Source of the DNA: Schizochytrium sp. TIO01
Taxonomy: Eukaryota; Protista; Bigyra: Labyrinthulomycetes
Reading direction: 5' to 3'
Assembly (NCBI GenBank): GCA_004764695.1
Contig: SMSO01000031.1
Location: forward strand, 6,678,761-6,742,760
Length of the DNA stretch: 64,000 nucleotides
The notes under the pieces: generated by a model
Database searches by the model: none
What the model was told of the DNA's origin: nothing
The model's input: the letters and a program-made list of their open reading frames with translations, nothing else
In this document: positions 1 through 12,119 of the stretch, piece by piece
How the letters are laid out: each line of letters begins with the position of its first letter
How positions within the stretch are numbered: position 1 is the stretch's first letter
Translations under genes and position numbers: made by a program

Positions 1-1298
1 CCTCCGCGGCTCCTTGCGCGGCGCAACGAAGTAGTAGCAACAGCTCTGCAAACATGAACATGAACTTAGGACAACAACAGCAACAGCAACAGTTCCACGC
101 CCAAAGTCAAAGTCAACACGGGTTTGTGCCACTTCAAAGCCCGCTGTCAGCGGCGAGCCTCGGGGACCTCGAAGACCATGTCTCCATCGGATCATCATCC
201 TCAGTGACCATCACTCCCGATACCACACCACAATCTTCCCCCATGGGTGACGAGCGCTTCTTCGAGTTTGGGGACTGCCTTGCGGGGTCATCCCAGTCTC
301 TGCACCGCGGGCTTATGGTTCCTCAGCGCCACACTACAGTGCCAACTTTGACATCCACATCTAGTGCAGCTTTCCCTGCTACATCACCGTGCTCAACGAC
401 GTCTACGATGTCTTCTTCGTCCTTGTCTACCATCGGCACACAGCCGCAGCAGTCTGGAGGGTATTTGGTGGCTAGAACCGCAGTAGGTAGTGCTCCGTCG
501 TCGTCTTTGCACACATCTTCAACCGGCCCTCTCACGAAGACCTCTTCGACGGGCTTTGGTATGAAATATCCTAGAGTAAGAACCGGTAATTTGGCTTCGC
601 TGACTGTCACCACGACTACACCGACCGCGGCTGGAATGAGCTCGGCTTCGACGACGCCCTCTTCCATTTTGTCCTCCGCGTCGTCAACCTCGTATGGCAG
701 CAGTAGTGCTGCGACCACACCTGTGGAAGCGTTCACGCCCTCGGTTTCGCTCGTCCTTAATCAAGGTAATAATACGCCTGGAAGTAGCATCCGTTCTCAT
801 GCTCAACTCCATGCAAAGCGTGCGTCTGCCCTTTACACGGGCCCGCCGCCGCCTGGTTTCCGTTCTTCATCTTCATCGTCTTCGCTCAATTCCATGCACC
901 CAACGATGACCACGATGATGCGGAATAAATCCACTCCCACCCTCGGTCTTCTCAGTGCTGAAGTCGACCTCCGTGGCGATCAAGATGAGATTGATCACCA
1001 ACACCACGGACAACTCTTCACAAAGCACGCGGCTGCCTCCATGCTGCCGCGACACCTTGAGATCGATCCGAACTTTACATCTTTTTCTCCGTCTGCTTCT
1101 GCAACAACGACGCCAACATCTGCTGCATTCGCTACTTCCGTAGGCACAAGTGCTGCGAGCGTGCCGCCGACACCGTCGGCCTCCCGCCAGCCGGTCTACA
1201 CTCTAAAGGCGATGCCTGATGTTGTAGCAACCAGAATCTGCGAGTTCCTTGATCTCGGGGACTGCGCCAGCTTGTCGCAGGCGATTCTTCTTGAGTAA
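1..1298 (+). CDS. Ser/Thr-rich low-complexity protein with C-terminal F-box-like motif (probably 5'-incomplete)
   Basis: The frame of ORF 54..1298 is open back to the window edge. The C-terminus LKAMPDVVATRICEFLDLGDCASLSQ matches the F-box pattern L..LP.E/D...I..fL...d...ls. Confidence 0.6.
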   Translation, partial: SAAPCAAQRSSSNSSANMNMNLGQQQQQQQFHAQSQSQHGFVPLQSPLSAASLGDLEDHVSIGSSSSVTITPDTTPQSSPMGDERFFEFGDCLAGSSQSLHRGLMVPQRHTTVPTLTSTSSAAFPATSPCSTTSTMSSSSLSTIGTQPQQSGGYLVARTAVGSAPSSSLHTSSTGPLTKTSSTGFGMKYPRVRTGNLASLTVTTTTPTAAGMSSASTTPSSILSSASSTSYGSSSAATTPVEAFTPSVSLVLNQGNNTPGSSIRSHAQLHAKRASALYTGPPPPGFRSSSSSSSLNSMHPTMTTMMRNKSTPTLGLLSAEVDLRGDQDEIDHQHHGQLFTKHAAASMLPRHLEIDPNFTSFSPSASATTTPTSAAFATSVGTSAASVPPTPSASRQPVYTLKAMPDVVATRICEFLDLGDCASLSQAILLE

Positions 1299-3156
1299 GG
1301 TTCTACGCCATGTGAGATTTTGTGTGTGTGTGAAATTCCCCGCGAATCCACATTTAGCCTGGTACTGACAATGCTTTGACGCAAAACTTGTCCTGTGTGG
1401 CAATCTACTTCCGAACATATCCATCCAATGAGCCTTTTTCTCTCTTTAAAAAATGGGAAAAGGCGCTCGGAGAACCTGTATCGCGCTGTGCATTTTGCTT
1501 CCCACGTCGACGAGACAAACATAGAGATCATTACTTTCGTCTTTCTCGCCACTACATGCAACCACGCACGGCCTTCCGTTGAACGAACGCTTTACTGCTC
1601 CTATCCCCTGATATATGTGAGCTTTGAAGCTTTAATATCGCTTGATGTTCGACTCCGGAAGTCTGAACTTACTGCCAACACAGGCCCTATAAGGAAATCT
1701 TTACATCTCAACTTTATAATTCTGTTCCTTTTTTCACTGCATATATCTATCCAAATCGTTGGAATGTCAATCTTTCCTTTATCTATCAGGTGAATAACTT
1801 TCTTGAATTGGTATTATTTCCAAAAATCTTAACAAAGTGCACAACATCTATCATAATCAGCTCAGTAAGTCGTTATTATCTCTGAGTGTGTTTCCGAAGA
1901 TCAACTTCGTGTTCTGTTTTCAGAAATCTCTGTACGAAAGAAACCCTTGACACCATAAGTCGTTGTTGGTTGCATAAAATGAAGCACCGCAAAACTTAAA
2001 GGTATCATGAGTTAATATTTTTCGTAGGTGGTGAATTCTAAACCAGAAACCAAGCGACGCAGCCATTTACAAAAAAAAAAAGGTATCTTTAGATAAATTC
2101 TTTCAAGGACCAAACTTTTATACGGTTCCAGTTGGCATGCAACCAGGCTGCGGGCATAGATTTTATTTTTTAAAACAAAGAAACATATATTTAAAAGAGA
2201 GCAAACAGTAAGAGAGAGAGAGTCTTTGCGGACAATTAAAGTTGCCTGTTAAGTTCTGGCGCTAGAAATATAATATTTAGAGTCTTGAAATTCTTCTGAA
2301 GGTAATTGGGGAGTGTTTTTTTTTTGTAAAAATCTTCATTCATCTTTGAATTAGAAAACACGGATTAATGATTGATAAGAGCACGTATAATGGGTAAAGA
2401 CCCCGCGCCATTGAAATTGGAGGGGTTTCCTTAGTTCAAAACACTCAGACAGAACAAATTAACTTATCTTAAAAAATCCTGCTTACACCAAGCAAACATG
2501 TAAGTCCTTCAAGTCTACAAATTTTACATTTCAAAACATGTCGTAGTCACAGAAATGGCGTGGTGTAAGAGCTTTCCATTCTTTCGACAGAAAATAGGAT
2601 CTCACAGCAATACTCTGAAAGGCTAAATGATCCTTGGGTTTCTAGAAAATTCTTAAAAGCAGGGCACAGTTGAAGTCGTCAAGGAAAACGAAGAGAAGGT
2701 ATGAGAGAGTACTATTTCCTTCTCCTTGGATGTAAGAGTAACTTTGAAAGGCTTCTGGAGTGCATTTCGGAACTTTGCCTAGTTTGTCGTATCTAGAGAC
2801 GCGTGTAGCCTATGCGAATTAGCATCATCATAGGCGTTAAGCTAGCCTCGCTTTCTGTACAATACATCGAGTAAATTAAAAAGACGAAGTCATCCAAAGA
2901 AGGAGAAATCTTTGCGATAAAAAGTGTGTGATTTAGGAAGCTTTAAAGAATTCCATGGATCGACATAATAGACAAAAGGAACTTCCGGGTGTCACCAATT
3001 TGATCTGATAATATAACTGAATGAGTGCAGAAACATGGACATTAAAACCAGGTGCTTAAAAGAATAATTGAAATAATCAGGAATTATTGTCCACGCACGA
3101 AAAGATCAGGTTTTGTCAATAATTGTGATTAGCTCTTTCTACCACCATTAAAAGGG

Positions 3157-6100
3157 TTACTCGAAGAGCTCAGCCAGATTAAAGCGCAAATGCGCAGTTG
3201 CGATAACTGACCCAGGATCGAGTTCCTCCACGCTGGAACGCATCGTAACACGAATAGTCTCCTTTTGGTCTACACCGATCTCACGTATTGCCTCTACTTT
3301 AATACCTCGTATATCAAAAAAGAGATCGTGTTTTTCACTTGTCATAAAGTTAGGCAGGCTTGGGTGTTCAATCTCCTCAACTACGGCAGTGTCCATTCCA
3401 ATTTCTTCCTGCGTAGCCTGGTATCGAGCCCATAATCCAGATACAAGAGCGCGGGAGCGATTCAGAAGATCTTCAACCTGGGATTCGGGATCTTCATCGG
3501 TGTCCAGAGATGCCTCAAAGTCTGGACCAGGTGCTGACCTTGTCGTATCATGCTCAGGAGAGCTGTAGGTCATCTCACCCAGGGTTGCCATGTACAAAGA
3601 AGCACGAATCGACTCTGCTGTAAGACGCACAGAACCAGCAGGTTCGTGACTTTGGAACAAATTGAGTTGTACATCGCGTATAGTGGCCCTGCCATCCTCC
3701 TCGGGAGGAATCGAAAACGGATATTCATTTGGATCTACAAAGCGGTGTTTGGCACTCAGTGTATACTCGGAATCTCCTGGTCCAGCTTGTCCCTTGATAA
3801 CTAGATTGTATCCCTTTGAGAGGTCGATAGTCTCACCCATGAGTTTTGCCCACTCAAAATCGGGAGGCAGGCGCAGCTGAGCGATGAGGTTGGACACATG
3901 CGCCATGAGTATTCCTGAAATGAGGCCTCCTGTCATGCCAGCACGCAGATCCATAGAAATATGATCTGAAAGAATAGAAGCTGTGTTTTCCACAATACGT
4001 TCAATGTTTGCGACGAAGACTTTAGCATCCTTTATCTTCTTCTGGGCTGCAAACTTTGCCCGCTTGCCGATTGCCACCTCCACATCATGCTCAAGACCAT
4101 CAATATACATCCCAGTGCCAATAGCAATCATCTGTTGGACGTTGATATCTGCCTCCACGTCCGTAATATCCAAGTCGAAAGAGATAGGCTTGCGAGCGAG
4201 CTCACATACACGTGTCACTAATTGTAAGAGCCACCCATCAGGAGGATGCAACATCTCGGAGTTTTCTACATGGTTCTGAAGCTGCCTATCACTTTGAACT
4301 TCACTCAAAATTTTACCAAGACGGGAAAGAGGAATAGAGGCGTATTGGAGACGCCACTTGTACAAACGATATATGCTCGCACCTTTGCGATGAAATCCAG
4401 CAGTTGTAGCAAGATCGCCACGCAATAGCAAATCCAGAAGCACCGCTTCCTCACTTGTAAGCCCCATAGCACGACGAGCAAGCTCGCCAGATGCAGTTGG
4501 CGCAACTAGCGGCGCAGTCCATACGCGCGGAGGAATCTCACCTCGCATTTTGATCTGTCCTTGCAAACGCAGATAATTTTGTGGATGTTGGAAAAAAGCT
4601 CCAAGACGAGTTGGCAAATTGAGCATAATAGCATTAGAAATGACCTGTGGAATCAGCTGTGTGGTGAGCCAACGAACGATGCGATCAGGTAGGCGCACCA
4701 AGCTTGCACCAGCCATTTCCTTTGTCAGATGAAGCTCAAAATGACTTGTCTCCTTGATCCACTTCGGGCGGTGGTCTGCACTTGTCGCGCCTGGCTGGAA
4801 ACGCAGCTTAATACGCCAGGTTCCATCTAATTCAAGATCGAGGCGATTTACAGTTGGCGTTAACAACCCTCTCAGCAATTTTGAGTTCATGGTGCTTCCG
4901 TCAATCGAGAATTGATAAATGCCAACAATAGCTTTAATGTTGGTAACGTTGAGGTTCACGGTCCCAAGTTCATCGCCGCGACCCATCTCCACATCAGCAT
5001 CTAAGACCTCGAGATCGACATCACGCATACCAATAAACATACCATCCCCAGAATTCAATCGAACCTTCCAATTCATAGCCTTTGGGTAGTACTGTTCTAG
5101 CTCAAGTTCATTCAGATGCCCAACCGTGGTGGCAAGTTCTTCTTGCAGGCGCCCGAGACGAGCCTCAAAACGCTGCTGCAAGATCTGTTGTGCCTCGTTA
5201 ACGCGCTCCCTTTCATGTGCATACGCCTTTTCAAAGGCATCATCTTCATCGTCGCCACTAACACGCAGGCCCTCGTCCTCGCTGCCTTCGGAGGACGCCC
5301 GCTCACGATTGGACATAGACCTTGCAAAAGTGGCCTCCATAGCATTTACACCTGATATTAGCTGCTCAAGTTCCACAGAATCTTGGTCATCCTCCTCACG
5401 CAATTTCTTCTTAATTGTGTGAGTGAGCTCTGTAACATGCTTACGAAGGCCCTTGATGACTGCCTTAGATTGAGCACGCACATTTGCAATGAGCTTAGCC
5501 TGCTCATTAAGAAGGTTCGTGCGCAAAACCTTGATATGTTTTATTTTAGCAACTTGAAGCTGTTTCTCACCCTTATCTAGCTGAGCTTTGTTCCGTCGCA
5601 TCTGCTCAAGCGATGCTGCAAGGTACTGATCAATATCCCTGTTATAGAGGGCCTCATCTTCCTCTGGTACATCAACAAGGTCATCAACTCCTACACTTGA
5701 TTGTGTGAGGGTACGTGCGTGACCTTTCGCACCATTTTTTGCAGACTCGTCTCTGCGAAGTTCAGAAAACACATTTGCCTCTGCGCTTGTTGCCCTAAGC
5801 GCCTGCAACATTTCATGCATTGGTTCTCCTCTGAAGAACTCCTGCCTCAGTGTGTTTGCCCTATGAAGCCGCTTTTGCGTATTTTCTACCTGCACAGTTC
5901 TCCTTGCCTCCTCTAATCTACGTTGATAACCAGCATCCATAGTGTTCACTCGGTGCTGTGCTGCCTGCTTTAAAGTCCCCTCTAGCTTTGCTAGCGTTGC
6001 CCTCCTCATACGAGCTCTCCTCGTAACCGATAATCTCGAGCCCTCCTCATCTGCATCAATCGCCTCCGCAATCATCTGTTCCTGTGCCAGTCGCTGTTGG

Positions 6101-6630
6101 CGTGTTTTCACGCGCCGCACCCAACCACACTCAGGGCACTTCCCCGTATCACTCAAAGAGGCTCCGCACCTCTCGCAGTAATTGGAGAGGCCATTGTTGG
6201 CAATATCGGACTCGTCCCATTCGGACATGGCTGTACTGCTTCCACGAGTCCTCGAACCCGCCAGCAGCGAGGCTCTGGCAGACGCCATTGCAGAGCTCTG
6301 TCTTCGCGAAGACCCATCACTGCCACCAAGACCGTTAGCAAGCAGCCTCGACGAGAGCCTGTGGCCCTGGGCGGCAGCTGACTTGGGTACAAAACACGCG
6401 ACCATGCGTGAAAACCCATTCTTTCCCGACTTCTTGCCCCCAAGCAACTTGCCGTCTCGTCGCGAGCCAGAAGGTGACTCCTCCTCCCGCTGGGCCTTGC
6501 TCAGGAGAGCATCAACCTCACGAAGGCTACGAAGGTCTTCGCGCAGAGTTGACTCGCCTTGATCGGCTTCGTCATCGTGGGTGTCGTCATGACCGCTGCT
6601 GGTCTCGCGCCATTTACGCAGAGACGACAT
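3157..6630 (-). CDS. Large hypothetical protein (~1157 aa): CxxC...CxxC zinc ribbon, long coiled coil, beta-rich possible TULIP/BPI-like region
   Basis: Uninterrupted ORF. The likely ATG is at 6630 (MSSLRKW), just after a polypyrimidine-CAG acceptor; the ORF-track start at 6783 lies in a probable 5'UTR intron. Contains CERCGASLSDTGKCPECG and an E/Q/R/L-rich helical middle. Confidence 0.75.
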   Translation of the reverse strand: MSSLRKWRETSSGHDDTHDDEADQGESTLREDLRSLREVDALLSKAQREEESPSGSRRDGKLLGGKKSGKNGFSRMVACFVPKSAAAQGHRLSSRLLANGLGGSDGSSRRQSSAMASARASLLAGSRTRGSSTAMSEWDESDIANNGLSNYCERCGASLSDTGKCPECGWVRRVKTRQQRLAQEQMIAEAIDADEEGSRLSVTRRARMRRATLAKLEGTLKQAAQHRVNTMDAGYQRRLEEARRTVQVENTQKRLHRANTLRQEFFRGEPMHEMLQALRATSAEANVFSELRRDESAKNGAKGHARTLTQSSVGVDDLVDVPEEDEALYNRDIDQYLAASLEQMRRNKAQLDKGEKQLQVAKIKHIKVLRTNLLNEQAKLIANVRAQSKAVIKGLRKHVTELTHTIKKKLREEDDQDSVELEQLISGVNAMEATFARSMSNRERASSEGSEDEGLRVSGDDEDDAFEKAYAHERERVNEAQQILQQRFEARLGRLQEELATTVGHLNELELEQYYPKAMNWKVRLNSGDGMFIGMRDVDLEVLDADVEMGRGDELGTVNLNVTNIKAIVGIYQFSIDGSTMNSKLLRGLLTPTVNRLDLELDGTWRIKLRFQPGATSADHRPKWIKETSHFELHLTKEMAGASLVRLPDRIVRWLTTQLIPQVISNAIMLNLPTRLGAFFQHPQNYLRLQGQIKMRGEIPPRVWTAPLVAPTASGELARRAMGLTSEEAVLLDLLLRGDLATTAGFHRKGASIYRLYKWRLQYASIPLSRLGKILSEVQSDRQLQNHVENSEMLHPPDGWLLQLVTRVCELARKPISFDLDITDVEADINVQQMIAIGTGMYIDGLEHDVEVAIGKRAKFAAQKKIKDAKVFVANIERIVENTASILSDHISMDLRAGMTGGLISGILMAHVSNLIAQLRLPPDFEWAKLMGETIDLSKGYNLVIKGQAGPGDSEYTLSAKHRFVDPNEYPFSIPPEEDGRATIRDVQLNLFQSHEPAGSVRLTAESIRASLYMATLGEMTYSSPEHDTTRSAPGPDFEASLDTDEDPESQVEDLLNRSRALVSGLWARYQATQEEIGMDTAVVEEIEHPSLPNFMTSEKHDLFFDIRGIKVEAIREIGVDQKETIRVTMRSSVEELDPGSVIATAHLRFNLAELFE

Positions 6631-6639
6631 AGGCAAAGG

Positions 6640-6897
6640 CTGTGAAGAGAAGAGGAAAGTAGAAAAATCGAACCAGGAAAGGGTGACGTAAACGTTGTTG
6701 TCTATCACGTCCTTGGAAATGTTGAACTCGAGAAGAAGTTGGAAAAGCGATACAGAACTCGGATGCCTTGAACAGCAGACCAAGTAAGTGAGTACGATAT
6801 CTCAAGCTTTGCAGTCCAGGAAGAGCTGTACCACCTCGGAAAGGGCGCAGGCGACTGTAGGAAACACCCTTTTCTCCGGCGATGCAGCGCCACTCAC
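6640..6897 (-). other. Probable short conventional 5'UTR intron
   Basis: Minus-strand donor AGG|GTGAGT at 6897. Acceptor ACTTTCCTCTTCTCTTCACAG ends at 6640, 9 nt before the ATG. Confidence 0.55.
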
Positions 6898-8757
6898 CCT
6901 CCCTCTCGCCGCACTTGAGCGAGGGGTGTTTGTATTCTGTCTGCTCCTGAAGCGATGTTGTTATAATCTGTTCACGAGCGGCCCACTTTATCCTTATACT
7001 TGTATAAAGTAGTTAATCGCAGAAAGTGAAAGGGAGAAACAACACGTGTGTGCCAGCAGTCTGACCTTCTCTCTGATCAAGCAGAGGCTCGCTAAACCAC
7101 GTGTATAGAAAAATGACACTGCGATTGTGGCTTGCTAGTTTTCCTCTCCCGTAAAGTACGATTCCTTGCTGCTAGGACCGGCGCCAGGGTCGTTCGCCCA
7201 GTGAAGTTTCTATTCTCTTCTCATGAAGGTACTAGTATTATCGTGAGCTCGAGGCCTAGCTCTATTCTACTATTTACTTTAGGGATACGTACCTCAGCGA
7301 AAGTATGTCGGCACGTGCACGTGAGCTGGACCCTGGTCCCGTGAAGCGAAAGTGCAACTCGTGGTTAAGATGTGACAGTTGCCCATTTGAAGTAACTGGG
7401 GAAAGAGACAGTCATCGCCATGCTGGGTGCTTTGCGGCCAGAGATGCTTTGCTCTAGCGTTCTGTCCTCCCAGGGCTTGTGCGAGGAGCGCGCTCGATTT
7501 CAACTCATTTCGGCTATTCTGTGAATGACTGTGTGCGAGGGGACCAAATGAGGACGAATACTAGTAAAAACTCTATAAGTTGTATAGGTAGGTACACTGA
7601 CCCTTTTCTTTCTTTTTTCTTTCTTTCTCTTCTCTTTCGATAATATGATATCTGTGAAGATATAAGATGCGAATATAGAGTTTGGGCTACGGTGGACATC
7701 TGGAGTAGTGGAGTAGTCTGAACATGTTTGTAGTTACTGCAATGTGAATGAGTCATTTCGTCTTTCCCAACTGAGATCCTCGCCTCGCTCTCTTATTACA
7801 GTAAGCAGGGGAAATGCACAATAGGAAAGAGATTCTAGCGATTGTATTGCAGGAACCTACTACAATTAATAAGGAAGAAACTGTTCAATTCATGATGCAT
7901 CGACATATGTACACAAAGGCTAGCCACCTTCAGGAGATGATGACGATAGAATTAAGAGTTACTTCTACTACTAGCCTTAAGCTATTTACCTTTCTACCTA
8001 CCAGGGGTTTAGAAAAGCTTAGTACCTGGAAAATTCACACATAGAACTGCGCTGACTTTTCATTCAAGTTCATTGGCATATTATTCTGCTCAGCGATGTG
8101 CTCAGCCGTTTGGCAAAGTCCGCATAAGTTCACAATACGTAAAGCAATTCTCTTCCTCAATATTATGCTTGACTTATCCTTATCAGCAATCGCTGCCAAG
8201 ACAAATCATCACACTGATCCTGTGACCTTTGCCGCACACAATGTATTCAGGAACCCAAAAGAATTTAAACACATCAAAGAAAAGGCACGTCGATATTTCT
8301 TAGTCTTGAAAAATATATTCCAGCGCGTCGCATTGAATTTAGGGTGGGAAGTACACTAGAATGTGACAATTTAGCTTTTTTAAATACCACCCTGGGTACC
8401 ATGATATCAATACTTTCGAACCATACTATTAGTCTCTTTGATATCAAGATGATGAACACCAAAAGTAAGTAAAGCAATTACAAAAGATCTATTTCATAAA
8501 CAAACAAACACTTGGAGCCTCTTCCAGGGGCAAAGAACTTTATACAAGTGTCTCTTGCAAGAAGACTACGATTGGCACGATGAAAACGAATGAGAGAAAG
8601 AAAGAGAAAGAATATAATGATAGAGAATCAATAAATCACATCAGCCAGTCCTGCCAATAGTGGCATGGCGCAGATTATGTCAGCTGCTCGAATATCATGT
8701 ATGGGTCACAGATGAAAGATGGTAGTGGCTATCGAACTCAAACATAACAGCGGTTGA

Positions 8758-10836
8758 TCATGGCGGCGGGGTTTGGGGGGTTATCGGCGTAGATTGAGGT
8801 TGCATAGAACTAACACGAGAGCCAAAGTCGTCAAAAATTGTCTTGAGTTGCGCAAGCATGTGCTGTTTTGCCAATGGCGTATTTGTATTGCTGCGCAGGG
8901 CGTGCACAAAAGCAAGGAGCTGCACATCACGGGCTAAAATGTCTACTGCCTGGGAAAACCGTGGGCGCAAATTTTTAGACAATGTCTTCCAGTACAGCGG
9001 GAAAGTGCCATTGCTTAATGCTCGTCTGGCTAGCACACGACCGAGACGGCCACTTGCAGATCCAAAGATGTGTTGGGGGAAAGACGATGCAAGACTTGTC
9101 TGATGATGTGTCGAACGTGTCATAGGCTCATGCGGAGTTTCTGCACAAACAATAAGTGGGTCACATATTGTTGAAGAGCTGCTATGGGGCAACGGAAGAT
9201 AACGAATAGGTATATCTACATACTTGCTTAACAAGCTCACAAAGTGGGCTAAATAGCCCAGAGCTGTTGAGACCTGCTCCTCCTCAAAAGTTCCTAAGAG
9301 AGCTGGGTCCATAGGCACAGCTGGAACTTGGAGGCCACGGATCGTGTAAACCCATACCCCGGTGTCTGTGTATCGTTCTTGAAGTGGATAGATACGTGAT
9401 AAAGCTCTGAGCATGCTGATACGGTGTACTCGCATCAAGACACGTTCTTTGGCAAGGGCACGCCGCGCCACTTCTTCCTCAGATTGGACAGCTTCATTTC
9501 GAGCATGAATCTCCTCATATTTAGCTAATATTTCCTGCCCCTTTGTTATATCTTCGAGCCTTTTCACGAGAGTTTGCTTCCTTTTTTTAAGCGCCTCGCG
9601 TTCGTCGTCATATATACCGGCAAGATGGTCTCTTGCAAGGCGAAGCTTTTCGACACGCCTTTTCTGGGCATGGCGTTCTACATTATCACGTAAAAGGGTA
9701 GCTTTTGACTCTAGTAGCTGGGTCACTTTTGATTCTAATTCATTCACTGCAGCTTGTTTCTGAAGCAGTACTTGTACATTATGCAACATTTTTTCATATA
9801 CCTCTTTTCCTCCCAAGACTTGCACTAGTTGCGCCTTGGATGGCAGAGGAAGTGCTTCGGATAGTACTTTCGTATGAGATCTTTCAGTAGCACCATTTGT
9901 CGGAATCAAGTCATTTACAGAAGGTGCTGACGGTCTTGAGACATCGTCTAAGTTATCGCCTGGCAAACGAAAAGCCATCATGTTTTGTCCACTGCGAAAG
10001 TTGCTAGTGCGCTTGCCTACTTTCCATACGGGCAAGGTGGCATCATCGCCCTTAACAGAGTCTGTCGTAACAGTATCTCGCACAGCCCCTGCAGCTGCTG
10101 CTACTTTTGCAGGCGTGATATTCACTGACAGTGTTGAAGTCCGCTCTACGTGCGGCAAATTTCCAGGCCAGATCCCAATAAACACCTCATTTGGACCCTT
10201 AGTATCTAGCATGTGCATTTCCGATGTAGTCAACCCTGTAGATTGGAGCTGGTCCACATGTACAGTCCGCTCGAGCACTGTCACGCATGCATCTTCATCA
10301 GGCTCTTGATCATGATGATATGGGTATGCATCCATCCGTTCTTCACTGCAGCATTCCGCACTCCCACGGCCTCCTCCTCGGCTTGCCGTGCTCCTTAAGT
10401 TCCCCATATTTCTTAAATTCGTCCAGTTCTCAAACCCAAAATTCGTCTCGTCAAGATTTTGCTGGTTTTGAAGGGGTTTTGCATCTTCAGAACAGGATCG
10501 TGCTTCGACCATATTTGGTCGCAAAAGGATTCTTACACGAAGTCTTAGAGGCTCCGTCCAGGCAATCTGGTCTTCTTCGGCGCCAATATCTGGCCAGTGG
10601 CTTCGTGAAACGCGCGACCTCAGTGTCCACGTAGGATTCAATGACCTGTGCACCAGTCCTGACCTATAGACGAGCAAGTCCCCACGCCAAAGTTCACAGA
10701 AGACGTCAGGCAGACCTCCGCCCAGTTGCGCCTCGCATGTTGCCGGCACTCGAAGACTGCGCACGGAGACCGCACCGCAGACCTCCAATAGTAGGTACCG
10801 TTGAAGTGAGATGTGACCGGCTTCGTCTGCCTCCAT
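8758..10836 (-). CDS. UVRAG: UVRAG/Vps38-like subunit of class III PI3K complex
   Basis: N-terminal C2-like segment (VYRSGLVHRSLNPTW), central coiled coil, then the ATG14/UVRAG-family motif LSRIYPL...YTIRGL...EQVSTALGYLAHFVSLLSKYVDIPIRY. Confidence 0.8.
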   Translation of the reverse strand: MEADEAGHISLQRYLLLEVCGAVSVRSLRVPATCEAQLGGGLPDVFCELWRGDLLVYRSGLVHRSLNPTWTLRSRVSRSHWPDIGAEEDQIAWTEPLRLRVRILLRPNMVEARSCSEDAKPLQNQQNLDETNFGFENWTNLRNMGNLRSTASRGGGRGSAECCSEERMDAYPYHHDQEPDEDACVTVLERTVHVDQLQSTGLTTSEMHMLDTKGPNEVFIGIWPGNLPHVERTSTLSVNITPAKVAAAAGAVRDTVTTDSVKGDDATLPVWKVGKRTSNFRSGQNMMAFRLPGDNLDDVSRPSAPSVNDLIPTNGATERSHTKVLSEALPLPSKAQLVQVLGGKEVYEKMLHNVQVLLQKQAAVNELESKVTQLLESKATLLRDNVERHAQKRRVEKLRLARDHLAGIYDDEREALKKRKQTLVKRLEDITKGQEILAKYEEIHARNEAVQSEEEVARRALAKERVLMRVHRISMLRALSRIYPLQERYTDTGVWVYTIRGLQVPAVPMDPALLGTFEEEQVSTALGYLAHFVSLLSKYVDIPIRYLPLPHSSSSTICDPLIVCAETPHEPMTRSTHHQTSLASSFPQHIFGSASGRLGRVLARRALSNGTFPLYWKTLSKNLRPRFSQAVDILARDVQLLAFVHALRSNTNTPLAKQHMLAQLKTIFDDFGSRVSSMQPQSTPITPQTPPP

Positions 10837-12119
10837 TGTGGAGGGAAACTGCTGCCGGTAAAAGAACGCGAGACTCGCAGAAGCTGCTGCCTTTGACGAA
10901 GAGAGACCTAATTCGTCAAAGATCTGTTTTTTAGTCTCTCTTTTATTTTTTTATTTTCTCTTCTCCCCTTATTACCTGCAGTAGGTAGGTACTAACTAAG
11001 CACCTCCTAACTTGTTAGGGATTAGTACTATAACTTTTAGGACTCTGAAATAACACGAAGAAATTGCTACGAAAGTCACTTGCGGCTCTTTTTGTTTTAC
11101 TCACAATCCGCAGGTACACGTACTCCAGTTTGGAGAGGCAGATTCCTGACTTACAGCTGTACTGTAGAATTATCATCCGATTTTGCTAAGTTGAATTTGA
11201 AACTTAGTCAGCAAATCAGCTTTGAGACTGCTTGCAACGAAAGAGGATTTGTGGCGGTGGCTGTGGAAAAAGGAGGAGACTTGAGATGGACATCCATTCA
11301 TGAAATGTAGCAAAGATCCTAGCAAAGAGCGAGCTTCAACAGTTTGAAATTGGAACGAGTTTTGCGGAGCAGATTGCGAAGATAGCCCCCCTTACAAATT
11401 GGTGCAAATTGTGTAATTTGTACGCCTAGTTGAAAATTATCCAGGGAATCCGCACAAATTAATATAAGCGTCTTCTAGTTTAAGTAAAAACATAAGCGAA
11501 TGCAATTACAACAGGGACTGCACCGCAGAAATACAAGAGGTTTGTCGAATAATCAATCACACAGAACGTTAGATTTTTCACATACTTAGCGGTACTAAGT
11601 TTTTTTGTCGTTGTATGGCGCCTTCTCATTGGGTAAATTTGTTTCGAAGCATCTTTGTATCGTCCTTGAAGTCTTCGATACATTGTATAACATATGAGAA
11701 TCATTCAAGAAGATACTTTGTAAGAAATACAGACTCGCAACTTGAGCTTCATTCAAAATGTTGATAATAATAGGATACAACGTAGCCTCAGTTCACAGAA
11801 AATCCATCTATAAATAACAACGTAAGGCTTGCATGTCGCTTCAATTACACGCTAACTTGCAATAATAAAGGATGTAGAAAACAGCGTATAGTTGTTTTAT
11901 AAATGGCGCATAACCTTGACTGCTGTCCGTAAGGATCAGTGAACATTTGTACATTTGTACAGATTTACAGATGTGGAAGCGGGCACGTGCCCAGGTACCT
12001 ACTTTCCGTTCCACCCAAATGTGAGCTTTGGGGACTTACATTAACCGGTATCTTAAGGCGCTCATGAAGTAGAGAGATGGGGCTTTAAAAGAAGAAGCTC
12101 AGCAAGTAAGTATCCAACC

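Noticed and set aside
6631-6783. N-terminal 51 aa of the 1208-aa ORF-track call
   Set aside because: Non-ATG start, and it lies mostly inside a probable 5'UTR intron with a clear acceptor at 6640.
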